64,000 nt of DNA, taken from Chrysomallon squamiferum (Eukaryota; Animalia; Mollusca). The notes under the pieces are model-generated. The model had not been told where the DNA came from. It did not search any database and saw nothing but the letters and a program-made list of their open reading frames with translations. Positions 1 to 15,689 of the stretch are shown piece after piece. The stretch is from positions 14,570,001 through 14,634,000 of the forward strand of contig CM022673.1 in assembly GCA_012295275.1 (NCBI GenBank). The letters are read 5' to 3'. The translations under genes and the position numbers were made by a program. Every line of letters begins with the position of its first letter. The first letter of the stretch is position 1.

Positions 1-3000
1 GAACGGAGATTAAAAAAAGTAACAGAAAAAAAATAAAAATAAAAATAACCAAAAAAATAACAAAAAAAACCCACAAATACAAATGTAATAAAATTTAAAA
101 AAATAAAATAAAATAAAATAAAATTAAAAAATAATAATAAAGTCACAAAAAAAAGAAGACAAAAAGAAAAGAGGTGGACAAGTAATAGAAGTGATGACAT
201 TTTGGTAAAACGATATTTTCGTATAAAGAAAGAAAACCACACAACTCAAGCTGATAAAAAAAAAAAAAAAAAAAAAAATTAAAAAAAATTAATCAAATCC
301 AAATTCGGCAGAATTTCATATTAAAAATAAAAACTAGTTTTGAAAAGTTAAAATAGATATTAATTAATTATTTATATATACTTAATCAAATGACCAAAAT
401 AAATAAACGAAAACGAAAACAACAATAACAAGAAAAATAATACAGTAAAATAAATAAATAAACAAATAAATAAATAAATAAAAAAAAGCAAATCAAATAA
501 AATAAACAGAAGATAATTTACGACATTAGCTTTCGGGAAATATAATATTTATTTAATTTGGTCGCCATAGAAACATGTTTTAGTGCGGACCTGCAACCCG
601 AGACTGCATTATGGCGTTGACATTAGGATTAAGTAGTAATCCGAAGAAGCGAGTGTTTGAGCGTCCAGCAGCGCTCATTATCTAAATATTGTCATTACTT
701 CTAACCGTGAAACCAATGATAAAAAACAATAAAACAATTAACTAGCAACAATACCCATCAATGGATGTTTAATCTCGACCATCATGCACCGCGGCTAGCA
801 GCACGAGCTCTTTGATGACTCCCTGGTCGCTAATTATTCTGTTTACTCTGAGCTATTACCGTGTATTCCCCAATTTCGAGTGATAATCACCTAACCAGTT
901 AATTTCTCTGATTCTGCTTTTAAGCACCTTATTTAGATATTTTTAAAACGTTCCAGAACGAGAGCATGTTAAAGTAATCAACTTTCTCAATCACATACAT
1001 ATACATACATATGTGCATACGTACGTACATACATACACCCACATTTAAACAGTTTTAAACAGATTTAGAAATACACTTTTTTGCCGGATTTTTTTTTTTT
1101 TTTTTTTGTATAATATAGTTTTATAATTGTTTATGTATGTATATAAATGTTTTTTTTTTTTTAAATATGATAACAGAATAATAAATTTATAGCCAAAAAC
1201 AAGGTTTTATTGCAAAAATAGCTTTAAAAATAGAACGGACCAAAGTACACTGATTATTATAATGGTTAAATTTAAGTAAAGACGAATCTCTAGAGATAAA
1301 ATTAAAAAACGATGAATGTTAAATACATATATTATTTATTTTTTTACTTATGTATTTATATGATGGTATATTTTATTATTATCATTATTATTATTATTAT
1401 TATTAACTTTTTTTTTTTCGTTTGTTCGATTATTTGTTGATTACTTCTGCCGAGTACTGCTTTGTGTATTGTTATTTATAAGAGTAATTTTATTACGAGT
1501 GTTAATAATGCAGGATAGACGTTAGACTCGGTTGGCTGCACAGGCCTGTGTTAATTATTAAGAACATTGGTTGTAATGAACACAAAGCTTCTCAAAAATA
1601 CATAAAATGGCAAACCCAGACATCACTTGAGTGCTAAGGTCGCAGGTAAAACTTCAAACACGTTAATGGTTATTAGGAAGTCTCTAAGATCAGTTCTACG
1701 TACACACACATCAATCAATTATGCATTTTGATGAAGCCGTGGCAACGTGTTTATTGCAAAAACGGGTTAATTATGTTTTAATGCGCACCTTAACGATGTG
1801 TCGCAGGAAAAGCAACAATCCCATAAAAGCCGGTAAGACCATAAAACAGGAGTCGCTTTAATCACTTGTGTTTTCAAACAACAATTGGAAGATTGCGTGT
1901 TGGGACGAATTTCTGTACATAATGAAGATTGGAATCAGTCAGCATACAAACTTATATTTGATAAACTCTGTTAATTCCTAATATACTGTATTGTTTTACA
2001 TGTATATTTTATATATTGTACTCAGTAGAAAAGCATAATTTATTATTCCATTCAAAACAAGGTGGTTTTGATAATGCATTCAGTATACGTACATTCAATG
2101 CACATTTTTCTATTGTATTCATAATAAACTTATATTTTCTACATTGCATCGACATATACATATATTGTATATATACACTCAATATGCACATGCATACTTT
2201 ATTATTATACTGTATTCAACAAACTGGACATTGTTTACGTCTCTGATTCTTACTCACGTTCTTACTTCTACATACTAACCAATAACACAATTCACTGACG
2301 TCACAGATCAGTTAATTTCACGTATGACGTCATAAGAGTTATTTCGAAAACAACTTCCTTCATATTCAGTTATTCTTTATGAAGTTAACACGTGATATCA
2401 AGGAACAGTTATTATTCACATTAAAAATAAGAGAAACATACAAATACGTTTATACGCATCAGGGGAAAAAAATACAAGACAAATTTTGGACACATGAAAT
2501 ACAAACAGTCTTAACATAAAATATAATGTGTGTATATACATACATATAAATATATATATAGATAGATATATATATATAGACACACACATATGCAGACTTT
2601 TATATATGTATATGTGTGTATATGTTTGAGTGTGTGTGTGTGTGTAACAAAGTTAATAATTTATTTACGAAATAAGGGAATGAATAAAAAGAAATAAAAA
2701 TTATAAAGTCGAATCGATTTTTTTAAGGACAAAAAACATAAATGCAAAAAATAAAAAATGAAAAAAATTCTCTATAATCGATCAGTTTTCTCTTACTCTT
2801 ATTTTTTTCTTTTTTCTTTTTTATCTTTTCTTTTATTTCCTTATTTATTTATATTTTTTGCAGGAATTTTTTTTTGACGAATTTGGCTTAGTTGAAGTAG
2901 TCGTTTATTAAAAAGGAAGGATTTGAATCACCACTCGGTTTCTGCGCAAGCTATTTGTTAATCTGACAACTGCTAAATAAAATAAAAAACCTTTTTTTCT

Positions 3001-3223
3001 TTTCTTTTTTTTAAATCTTTCTAAAAAATTAGAGAAATGTAAAATTTTATTTTCTTAAAAAAAACGTTTTAACTGTCGATTTTGAATGAACGGAGAGAAA
3101 ACATCTGCCGATAAATTTTAAACTGTTTTCTGTTTATCAAAATTTTTTATTCATATACATGTTATAATTGTATATTATCCTCCTGTTTGAAAATAAAGAT
3201 AAATTTCATAAAAATATAAAGTA

Positions 3224-3332
<109 letters not shown>

Positions 3333-3939
3333 CATAGAGACGAAAATAATAAATTAAAAGCACCAAACGAACTATTGCTTTCAAATTAAGTTTTAATATA
3401 AGCTAGATTGAATGATAATACATTGTAGGTGATAGTCTGTTTTCAGTATTTAATGTACATGTGTGTATTAGATAAAACTTAGTTGCATAATGTGATTTTG
3501 TGGTGACACTAAATTGCATGCGGGCGACAAGGAGACAAGCTAATCAAGGGAATACATATTAAACACAAAACAATGCACGATATTCTAAGTACGTCACTAA
3601 CAGAATAAAAATCGGATAAAATTCAGAATCTCTTTAATATTTAATATTTTTAAAAAGATAAACTTTGATAACAGTTTAATTTTTTGTAACATAAATCAAA
3701 ATAAATACAAAAATCACTCAGCAAAACCTGCAAGATAATCAAATACTAAACGAATATAAAAGTACAAACACATAAATCTGAAATGAATATGTACAACGTG
3801 TATAAATAAGTGATTATTTTGTTAGAGAAATTGCAGATGGAATGTGTCAGATGCAGCCATGAATTTCCCATGTGAATTAAAACTGATAATTAATAGAAAT
3901 TAAAAATCTTATCTCTAACACTCACTAGTTAATAATTAC

Positions 3940-4245
3940 ACAGCACTGCTAATATTACTAATGGTATTACTACTACCACTACCAGTAGCATGACTACGAC
4001 TACAACAACTACTACGACTATAGCAACTACTACGACTAATTGTATTACTAGAACTACTACGACTAATTGTATTACTAGAACTACTAACTGTATTACTTCT
4101 ACGACTAACTGTGTTACTACTACCACTACTATCACAACTACTACTACAGCTACTTTACTGTTACTACTATTATTGTTGCTACTACTAGCAGCACACTACT
4201 AATACTACTGCTACTGGAATTACTACTATCATTACCAGTACCATG
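3940..4245. repeat. Degenerate (ACT)n tract
   Basis: Poly-Thr/Val/Leu ORFs in the track. Confidence 0.9.
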
Positions 4246-6467
4246 CTGCTATGCATAGCGCTACATATGCAGTGCAGTATGTGGTTTGTTGTCGTAGTTA
4301 AAGTACGCGACAACATCACCCACTGGCCTGAGGTCATTCCGGTTGAGAGTAATAAAAATAATAGCCGGTGAAGAGGCGTACAGTGAAAGACAAGCAGACG
4401 GCTGCACGGTGAGGCCTGCAGAGAGTAACAGGTTGACTAAATCAGAGAGCAAGCCGAAGCCGACGGTGTACAGATAAACACGTACAAATTGAGTGTAGAA
4501 ATTCCCCACATAAAAACATCTCTAATAGTTCTCCTCTGTCCGTCCAATTGAGTGCACAGAGAAGCCAGCGAGATGTGATCGTGTTGAGACGTCGACCAGC
4601 GCTGGGTCTAATGACCCGAGAACATCGCATTTTGCAAACACACGTGAACAGCAATCCAATAAACCGAGCCGATCTTTACATCCGTACCACTGCTAGCAAC
4701 AGTTAAATACGGATCTACAGACAAACGGACAGAAGGACAGAATGAAACCTACAAAAGAAATGTTTGTTTTCGTACATACTGAGGTATATAATGAAGAGAA
4801 AGAGACAGAGAGGAGTTACAAAAAGAACAGACACACCAATGGACAGAATGAAATAGACAAAAACATTTTTGTTTTTACGTATATGGAGAAACAAGTAAAG
4901 AGGAGTTGTAACAAAAGTTGCTGTTGTTGTCGTCGTTGTTTCAGTGTAGTAGTTATTGTTGTTGTAGTAGTGTAATTCTGTTACGCCAGTGGGTCATGTG
5001 TGTTATATCTGCTTATTGATTTCATTTTCTTTCAGATGTTGAGGCTTAACTAAATTAATTAACTTTAGTGGCTGCATGTAAAATATTCCTGATATCACAC
5101 AGACTGATATGCACACACGACCATGCTCATCTAATGAGCTCACGGTTTTGTTATCACTCTAATAACCTGATTATTGATGACTGCAATTTAAGAATATAAT
5201 GACTTTTACTGACAATATACGATTCAATTTTTATAACGTATTTCTCTAGACATGATCTGTAGAATCGTAGAAATGTGTTTGATATGACGTCACTGTAACG
5301 TAATATATACATGAATGATATTATTACTCTCACTTCCACATACGTCAATGACGTGTTGTCAGTCTACCAGACATTTAAATATGAACATTTTTGATAATAT
5401 GGCGTCACTGTATTACTGTACAAATTGCCCACGGCGATAGCTACAAAGAAATTAACCCGTGTACCATTTACCTTGTTCAGAAATGGGCAAATATCGATGG
5501 AAAGCATTTTGCAATAAATGGGAAAGTGCTTTAATGTGCCGTAAATCTTGCCAGTGTGTTGAAGCCTGGGTTATTGGACACTTGTAGCTGTGTCCATCTT
5601 ACCGTTTCTTCTGCCTCGTTTTCTCCACCGTCGTTTCCGAGCGAACACAAATCGTCTACGCTCTTCGTTCTGGCAGGAAGATGGCCGCTCGCTGTGTGTG
5701 TGCGCTAATAAACACCCCTCATTGCCCATTCATCTGTCAGCGTAAATTACTTCTTTTTTTTCTTTTCCTTTTTTTTCTCCTTTTTTATTTGAGTATCCTT
5801 GGTGCACATTTTACCCAATCATTTACGTCACGTTTTCCCTCTTAAACTTTACGCCCTTAAATACGTTTTCTATTTTATTACTATTATTTTTTCATTATTA
5901 TTATTATTATTATTCTTTGTATTGCTCTTTCATTTTCTTTCTTTCTCTGATATTTGTTTATTTGTTATACTTTTGCACACATTACATTTATACTTCATAA
6001 TGTAACAGAGCGAAACAAGGCGAAGTATTTACAGCACATATCCTGCATGTAAAACCAGTGTGCTATTTGTTCCTGCGTTTACACTTAGCTACATACAAAA
6101 TGAGATAATATTTTACGCTATCAGCGCCTTCAGCTTCCTCTCTTTTTTTTTAATCCAGCATCAGCCGTTATCAGGTAATTGTCATATCTATCTCAGCTGG
6201 TGTGAACGTACGTAAATCACAAACTTTTTAGTTATAAACGTATCGTATCTAACACACACAGAGATATACCAGTGCATGTACACATTCAAAGAAATGTTTT
6301 AATTTAGGGAAGTTGTACGTGTATGAATATATTACAAATAATTATGTACAAACATTCATATTCACGTTAATGAAGACCTACACGATGTCAGAATACAAAC
6401 ACAGTAGTCTTATAAAGTGTGTGTAAATAAACAACTGACGTATTAATCTGCAAGCAACAAGACACAC

Positions 6468-6592
<125 letters not shown>

Positions 6593-8116
6593 TTTTTCTT
6601 ATTCGTTTCTTGCCATCTATATATCTCCTGCCTTTCTGTCTCTCTCATATATCATTATCTCTGTCTCTCTCTCTCTCTCTTTCTCTCCCTTTTTTCTGTC
6701 TCTCAGTTTTTATATCTCGCACAAATACAGACACACACACACGTATGTTACTACTGAGCAGTGCTTTAAGTATGTGACACTGAAACAAATGATAATTAAG
6801 ACGAGCTGATTGACATTAATACTGATAAATGTCTTCGCGCGAACTCCACGTCTTCTGCAGTGCGCTAATGGAATGGAGGAAAGAACGGCGGAATGATCGA
6901 CTAGAAAATCAGATTATATTTTCTATAGGACTGTTACGCAGTAACTAAATCTTATCTTGAGCCTAAAAAAGAAGAAAAAAAGGATGAAGAATTAGTACTT
7001 TTATGTTTGTTGAGTGACTGGCTGAGATATTCTCTGTAATTATTGCTTTTTGTAATCAGTTTAAATTTCTGTGGTTTATGATGCGATGGTCAGATGGGAC
7101 TCTTAGCGCAGTAACTGATTTTTTTATTTTTATCATTTATTTTTTATATTTGTTCTTGTGTGTATTTATATCTATAAATGTTTGTGTGTACGTGTGTATA
7201 TGTATTTGGGCGTGTATGTGTTACGTACACGTGTGTTTTATTGTATTTATCTACGTAGCAATATGTTTTATGTTTTTGTTTGCTTTAAGTGACGTTTGAA
7301 AAGTACATATTTTTTGATGATGTTACTTTAGTATTTTTTATTTTTTATTTTTACTGCAATCTTCACTGTAACGCACACAGATAAGAGAGCATTTGAAAGC
7401 ATTCTGTGTCTTTCGACTGAAATATATGTTTTTTGATGTTTTTTTGATGTTGTAATTTACGATTTAAATTTTCTATTTTACAGACAGAAGAGATTTTTGA
7501 AGATTCAAACTGACTGATTTTTTACAGTTTACAAAGAGGTAAGTTTTTAAAATTATTTATTTGTATCAGCTTCCTGAATCAAGACCAACATTACAATAAA
7601 AAGTGTAATAATAATAACCACAGCAGCAAGAACAACGGCAATAGAACTACGCAAATACAACATTACGGCTACGACCATGGAAAACGAAGTCACTATTGAA
7701 AATATGCATCTCATCTCATCTCATCATCATGTTCATTGTAAAGGTGACTGTAATACCAAGATCTTACTCTTTATCATTAGACTGTAGCAACGTACAGTGT
7801 TTAAAGCTGATCTCACCGCCACTTAGTTTGTGGTTCTAAACGTCGTACGACATGCTTATTATATACGTTTACGTCAGCTCGTACAAAGAGTCATTCGTGT
7901 TTTACTGTACAGATAGATGTCACGGTTAACAGGGGACACAACAGTTTTGTCTGTCGCGATCGTTACTGTTAACTGTGACCTTGACAACGTTTATCTGTGT
8001 ACTGTTTTTACAGCTCTAAGTCTGATCCATATTTAAATATTTAATAATGTTTGTTAGCTTTTCACTTGTGTTTCACGATGAAACGTGAGCTGGTTGAGAG
8101 ATAGCTTATCACAGCA

Positions 8117-8330
8117 GAAACGTGAAATATATCTGGTTACAGTGAAACGTGAGAGATATCTACTCACTGTGAAACGTGAGATATATCTGATTACAGTGAA
8201 ACGTGAGAGATATGTGCTCACAGTGAATCGTGAGATATATCTTCTCACTGTGAAACGTGAGATATATCTACTCACAGTGAAAATGAAAGATATCTGCTCA
8301 AAGTCAAACGTGAAAAATATCTGCTCACAG
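8117..8330. repeat. 27-bp minisatellite, ~8 copies
   Basis: Unit gaaacgtgagatatatctactcacagt. Explains the 9-aa periodic ORFs on both strands. Confidence 0.92.
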
Positions 8331-9574
8331 ATAAACATTAGAGAAAACAGCTCACGATAAAACTAAATATTTTATCAGACAAAATAACTAATGTTAATAT
8401 CTAACTACTTTGCACATACTTTACTTTTTGATATTTAATACACGTCATAGCAAAGGTTAGCTGTTTCTGTAGAATTTTATTAAATGTTTTATTGTAAATC
8501 TCAGATCATATAAGTTTGACACTTAATTTGTACATTAGTTCCTGTCGTTTTTCTTTCTTTCTCTCTTTTTCTTTTCTTTTCTTTTATTATTCGGATTTTT
8601 TCTTTCTTTTAAGATTTGTTCTTCTTACTTTATTTCTTTTTTGTATTTTACAGTCTTTCATTCATTTTTTATTTTTTCTTTATTTTTTTTATCTTTTTCC
8701 TTTCTTTTATGCTCTCTAATTCAAGTTATCAGTTCAGTAGATTAAGAAGAACACAGTGTACACACCTATATAAAGAAAATTATTTATTTTATTTGATAAA
8801 CAACGACAGAACGACTGCCCTCTTTTTAGTCTCGTTCTAAGTATAACTCATTTATTGCTTTATTGATTGCCCTTGAAACTGTTTGTCATATAAAAATGTA
8901 AGTACATAAATATTAAAAAACACAAGTAGCCAATTCTGGTCATTTAAACGATTTTTTTTTTTCCTTCTCTTTTACTCTGTTCTTTTAGCGATGAGAAATC
9001 GTTACATTGTTGAGGAGATCTGGACTTTGTTGACAAGGATCACAACGTTTCTATAGTTAGTTTTATTAACTGTGACCAGAATGCGTCTATAGTCAGACTT
9101 TGGCATCAAACACAAGTCTTTTTATCTACTGCAGTTTTACCATTTTAAGCTAAAAGACGCTGGAGGCGAGAAGTTTTTTTTTTCATTAAAGATAGAAAAA
9201 TATTCTCCAGTTTAAACAATGTGTTTGTTTTAGCCTGCTGATAGCGATATTGGCTGATACAAGTGTTTGCACACCATTTTAATTTGCTTTTCTTCGAGAC
9301 TGTTTTCAGTTTGAACAACTTAGACACGAAAACACCTCTCTGAGTAGACGTAGCAGCGTTTTCTGCGGAAATTAGCTCCGGCCACCGAGCGAATGAAAAC
9401 AAAATTTAGTAGAGTAAAAATGTAAAGTGTTTTCGTCTTCCAGAGCAATGAAAAATTGACCCGTCTGCGTCAGCGAACTCACCGAGTGAAACATTCATCA
9501 CTGTCGTGTCTGTCAATAGTCCCAGACCACAGCTATCACAGCATTGTCTGAGATTTACCACACAACTCTGACCA

Positions 9575-10200
9575 GTAGTCACACAACTTGTACGTAACGT
9601 AACAGTTTATGAGTAACTCATCACTGTGTACAGTAGTCACTGTCTACGTATCGCAACAGTCTTACCCACTAATGCATCACTGTATACAGTCACTTAACTG
9701 TACGTAACGTAACAGTTTTATCCTGTAACTTATCACTGTATACAGTCACTTAACCATACGTAACGTAACAGTTTTATCCTGTAACTTATCACTGTATACA
9801 GTCACTTAACTGTACGTAACGTAACAGTTTTATCCTGTAACTTATTACTGTATATAGTCAGATAAATTATACGTAACGTAACAGTTTCACCCTGTAACCT
9901 ATCACTGTATATAGTCAGGTAACTGTATGAAATGTAAAAGTTTTATCACTGTACAAAGTCAGATACTGTACGTAAAAGTTTTATCCTGTAACTTATCATT
10001 ATCTATAATCAAATTAATAACGTCATTCTAATCAGATAACTATATACTGCTTAACATTCTATGCAGTAGTCAGATAAATATATGTTACTTATCATTCTAT
10101 ACAGCAGTCAGAAAACTATATGTTACTTATCATTCTATACAGTATTCAGATAACTATATGTAACATCATTCTATACAGCAGTCATATAACTTATTATTCT
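9575..10200. repeat. 56-bp minisatellite grading into a related ~38-bp unit
   Basis: Unit tcactgtatacagtcacttaactgtacgtaacgtaacagttttatcctgtaactta (tcctgtaact at 9721 and 9777). After ~10000 the unit is ttatcattctatacagcagtcagaaaactatatgttac. Confidence 0.88.
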
Positions 10201-11639
10201 ACATACAGTTCTGCCAGACGGGAAAGATATCAGAAATCTTAATTTTGTAATAACTTTATGACTCATACTGCAACCCCCCCCCCCCATCAAAAAATAATAA
10301 TAATAACTGTAATTTTTCTATGTTCGTTCTTTACAATTTTTATAGTTTAATTGTTTTATTGCCATTCTGTAACCTCGAGTACATTATTATTTTTATTTTT
10401 ATTTTTTTTTTTTGTTTTGGATAACTCAAACATCCTGACTGCGGAGATAATAATACACATTTTCTTGATAATTGTTTTTTGTTGTTGTACTTTACGAAAT
10501 TTTAAATTAGATTTTGTTTTCGCTACAATTCTGAAAAAAATCTCACATGCATCGTTCATAACTTTAATTGAATGTTTAAGACCAGACATTATTTTGTGTA
10601 TAAATCTTTGACGTATTAAATATTTACAGAATTTAGCTTTGTGTAATATAAATTGAATATTTGTACTGTGTCACCATACGCTAATTTAGAGTAGAAATAA
10701 AAACAATTTTTTTTACATTCAAAGAATCAATAATTATTTGTTTAAAAATCTTCCAGCTTAATTTAATGTTAATGCTTATTACATTTCGTTAAAGAAGATT
10801 TTTTAAAATAGTTTTTTAATTTATTTATTTGTTTATTTACTTACTTATTTTCCTTTATATATATATATTATATTTATTTATTTATTTATTTATTTATTGT
10901 ATTTATTGTTGTTTTTTGTCTGATTGCTTGTTTTTATTTATATAAATGTATCTGTTTTGCTTAACTACAATGAAAGAAAACATTTTGCAGTTCAGAATGT
11001 TACTCTTACTAAGTAGCAGAAATATATATATATATATATATATATTAGCACCTTCTCATTACAGGGAAGTACACACAGATATTTGATATTTTAGCTATAA
11101 ACGACTGGCTGAAAATGGATGAAAAAAAACTGAAAAAGATATTGAAGCATTAATCAAATGAGAAATAAAAAGGACGAAATGCCACCCACACTCATTACAT
11201 TTTAGATCTTCAGAGCTGATGTTTGTTTTTACTGAAATTAAAAACCTATAAAATATTAATGTCCTATTTCGTAATACGTTCATATTGTTACAGCCAAGTC
11301 CTCAGAACTGAATCAATAAAACGGTTTGTAATAACTTTTTAGTAAACATTTAATTTTTAACTACTAATCACACTAAAACGTTTTTTCTAATCGATCAGAC
11401 ACAATAACATTTACAATAGTGTCGGTCGAGTTCAGTCTGCCAGGAATCTCGTTACAGAAAAGCGTGCTTGAGTCTATGTGACCGTACCAACATTTATAAA
11501 CTAGTTTCAGCCACACCGTCTGGTAAATGTTTGGTTTTTTTAAAAACGTAAAAAATTAAGAATTCCAAAACATTGACGTTAAGAGGTTCAGTGTACAATA
11601 AGATTTTGTAAACAAGAACTAGAGTCACTTTGACAATGC

Positions 11640-12300
11640 GACACAGAAAATAAGAAATATTATCCTAGAATACAATGATGATAATATCTTAGAATACAAC
11701 ATACTATATTATAGAAAGGATCATTGAGAATATAATATATTCTAGAATAGCATTAGAAATAACTATTCCGAAAAATCGATGCGCAAACGTTGATAATACA
11801 TACATCAGGAAGTATGGTTAGAAAACAAAGAATTTTAAAATGCAGCATAGAGAATACAATATATTATAAAAAGAAAAAAAAAAAGCTTTGACAGACACCA
11901 GAATACAAATAGTCCTTTGATTCTAAATTCATGCTTTCATATGACAGAAGTAAATGTTTCTCGAATAAAAGTAAAATTATTGTAATATACAATAACGAAA
12001 AAGTGTCTTGAAGATAATCAATAAAAAGATTATGGAATACAAAAGTTTCTGGAACACAATCAGTAAAATAATAATCAGAGTGCAGACAATAAACGATTTT
12101 AAAAAACTTGCATTAAATCATTTATAGAATACAAGCATCAAATCTTCTGTAGAATACAGTTGGTAAATGATGTAGAATACAGCCAATAAAATGATTCAAG
12201 AATACAGTCAGTAAAATGATTCAAAACCACAATTGGTAAAATGATTCCAGAATACAGTCTATCGTCTATTGTTAGAATACAAGAAGAAGTTAAAGAGTAT
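11640..12300. repeat. Highly degenerate old satellite built on AGAATACAA
   Basis: agaataca(a/g) recurs more than a dozen times at irregular spacing. Confidence 0.55.
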
Positions 12301-13348
12301 AAATGTAATAAAACTAACGAGATGTATATATTTTTATTTAATTGCCATATGCACTCTGACACAGACGTCTACTTCCGAGAAGAGCAGCATCTCCTAACAC
12401 TAACACTTGTGTGTGCAGACCACCCAGCTCACAGTTCCAATCAGACACGTTTTGTTAGAAGTTTTTCAAGCAGTACGGAGATTAATAGAGCCTGCAGACC
12501 GATATTTCCAGTCTCAAACGTTTTCTTGTTTATTTACTGATAAAAAAAGAGTAATTTATGATACAGCAGTAATAAAATTTCCACAATAAGAAACAATAAA
12601 TTTAAACACTTTCATTATTAATGATTTTATAATTTTATTTCATACAAGACGGTCTGTACGAGTAGTTACAAATGATTTTTTGATTTATTTATTTATTTAT
12701 TTATTTATTTGTTTGTTAGTTAGTTAGTTAGTTTGTTTGTTTGTTTGCTTATTTATTTAATTGTTGGTTATTTTTAAAACGATGGTAGAACAACAATAAT
12801 ATCATTAATAATAAGTAATAATAATAATAATAGTAGTAATAGTAATAGTAATAATAATAATAATCATCATAATAGCAACAACTACTGCTACTACTACTAC
12901 TACAATAACAACAGATCCATGAAAAAAAAACCCCAAAACCCCCACAGTAACGGCGAAAGTTATTATGATTTCATCGACGGCACCGATAAACGGCGTCATA
13001 AATTGAATTAAACTAAATAAGTCTAGAATGTGTCAGACATGGATACAGACTGCAAACAGTTTATTTAACAAAGAGAGATAAAAACTCCAGTGTGTGTAAG
13101 ATTTATTTTTTTTAAAAACTGAGTGAAATCTCAGATTTTAGAATTTTCAGACAACTGAATTCTTTGTTCAGCCGAGCCTGGTTTGCTAATTCAGTCCTCG
13201 TATCAAAGCACGAAAGTACTGGCACGTGAAATTAACTTCCTTTCACAAGTTCTCTTTGACTGGCCGCGCGAAACACAGTACAGTGTGTTATTAATCGTCT
13301 CAAGTGCAGCGGGTTAATGGGTCGATTCTCCTCGGTGGCTCTTAGACG

Positions 13349-13398
<50 letters not shown>

Positions 13399-15048
13399 TT
13401 TTTTTTTTTTTTTTTTTTTTTTCAGTTTCACGTTTTAAACATCGCTCAGAAATATTGGTATATAAAAATACTGTACAGTTAAAATCTCTAACAAAAAAAA
13501 GAAAAAAAAAAAAAAAAAAACCCATTAAAATATTAACATTTACAATTATCGCTACAATAACAAAGAAATGTCTAAAGTTATGAATACAGTAATACAGAAA
13601 TATTAATCATGTTTAATAACATACATCAGTTTGAATTTCGCTGTTTACTTTAACGTGGTTGTATTAAACTGGAAATTGATTTTTAAAATAAAATAAATAC
13701 AATGAAATACACGCTTCTTTTAAAAGAAAAGTCATTATTAAAAATTGGGCATGTTTATCTATGTACTTTTTCTATTATTAAAATTTTATTTATTATTATT
13801 ATTATTTATATTATTATTATTATTATTATTATCATCATCATCATCATCATCATCATTAAATTTTTTGTAATTTATTTTTTATTGGTGGATTAATTATATC
13901 GTTTTTATTGAAAATTGTTTTATTTTAAAGTAACGTTTTAAAAATGTGTTTATTTTTAACAAAACATAGGTATTATTATTTCTTATGATACTGTTATTAA
14001 ATATTGTCTTTAAATATTAAAAAGTAGTTTTTATTGTGATTAGTTGAGATAATCAGCTTAAAGTAAGTAGTATATATTTTACCTGTGTAAATGACGATAA
14101 GTTATTCACATTTCTCATAATCAAAACAGAAAATTAACAAGTACTTTTTTATCACTGAATAATCTTTGTTATTATCATTTGAAATTATTGATAACAACAA
14201 CAATAATAATAATAATAATAACAATAACAACAATCATAATCATAAAAATAATAATAGAGATATAACGTTTGAACAACAGCACTAGAATATTACTACTACT
14301 ACTACTATTAGTACTACTACTACTACTACTGCTACTGCTACTATTACTACTACTATTACTACTTCTATTATTATTATTATTACTTTTATTAGTAACATCA
14401 GTAACAAAAACAATGCTGGTAGCGGTAATAAAATTAGTAGAAATAATAATAATTATTATTATTATGATGATGATGATGATGATAGTAACAGTGACGTAGA
14501 CGGTGATACCGTCCTAGTTAATGTTGTTGGTAATGTTGAACTGAGTGACATTAGAGTTGTATTTAGCTATATTTAGCGTGAATAGATCAGCTATAAACTG
14601 TTATTTAGTACTAATGTGTGCCAGTACAGAAATCACTTTTCTTTATTTAGCTACAAATAGTCCATAACAAATATTCCTTTATTCAGCTCTCCATTCACAA
14701 ACACACAGTGACCGTATTTGAGAGGTGCTCTCGTAAAAACATGTCCGCTATTCCCAGGGTGAACAGATCTGCTGCGTGATGTTTGCGTTGGCACAGAAGT
14801 CGTGTCTGATTCAGACGTAGTCAACATCGCCGCCGTAATCTCCACTTATCAAACAAGTAATCATACAGCAAAAACAATGAATATACAATCTGATGGAGAT
14901 TCGTTCTCTCTCCGGACTACTTCAGGGATTATTTTTTATCGATATTACTACGCAGTGATTGCATCGACGGTACTCGCTAGACCACTACTAATCAAAAGGA
15001 AAATAAAGCAACAGAGATAATTAGTTTTGTAGACAATATCAGTTTTTA

Positions 15049-15120
<72 letters not shown>

Positions 15121-15538
15121 ATTATTATTATTATTATTATCGTTGTTGTTGTTGTTGTTATTATTATTATTAATATTATCGTTGTTGTTGTTGTTGTTGT
15201 TTTGTAGTTGTACGGACGATCAAATATTTCCCATATTTCTCAAAAACAATGATACCTTTCTACAACTAATCTTTGAAGTCACGGTCAATTTTCAGAATGA
15301 TTCCTTGAAGAATGATTCCTTGTTCTAATTTATATGTTTCCCAGATGTCGCGAGACTGGCGCACGGTGATATATTTTCTTAACAAACACCACAAAAATCG
15401 CCGACTGACAAATGACGTAATACAGTCTATTATTATTTCATTAACGTTTCCCGGGAAACATATTTCTTTTTGTCAGTGACGTAAACAGCGGACTCCTTTA
15501 AATCTGAGTTGCGTTTTTTATTATGATGATTACTATTT

Positions 15539-15577
<39 letters not shown>

Positions 15578-15655
15578 TACTACTATTTGTTTTTATTATT
15601 ATTACTGTTGTTGCTGCTGCTGCTGTCGTCGTCAGTGTCGTTGTTGTTGTTATTA

Positions 15656-15689
<34 letters not shown>

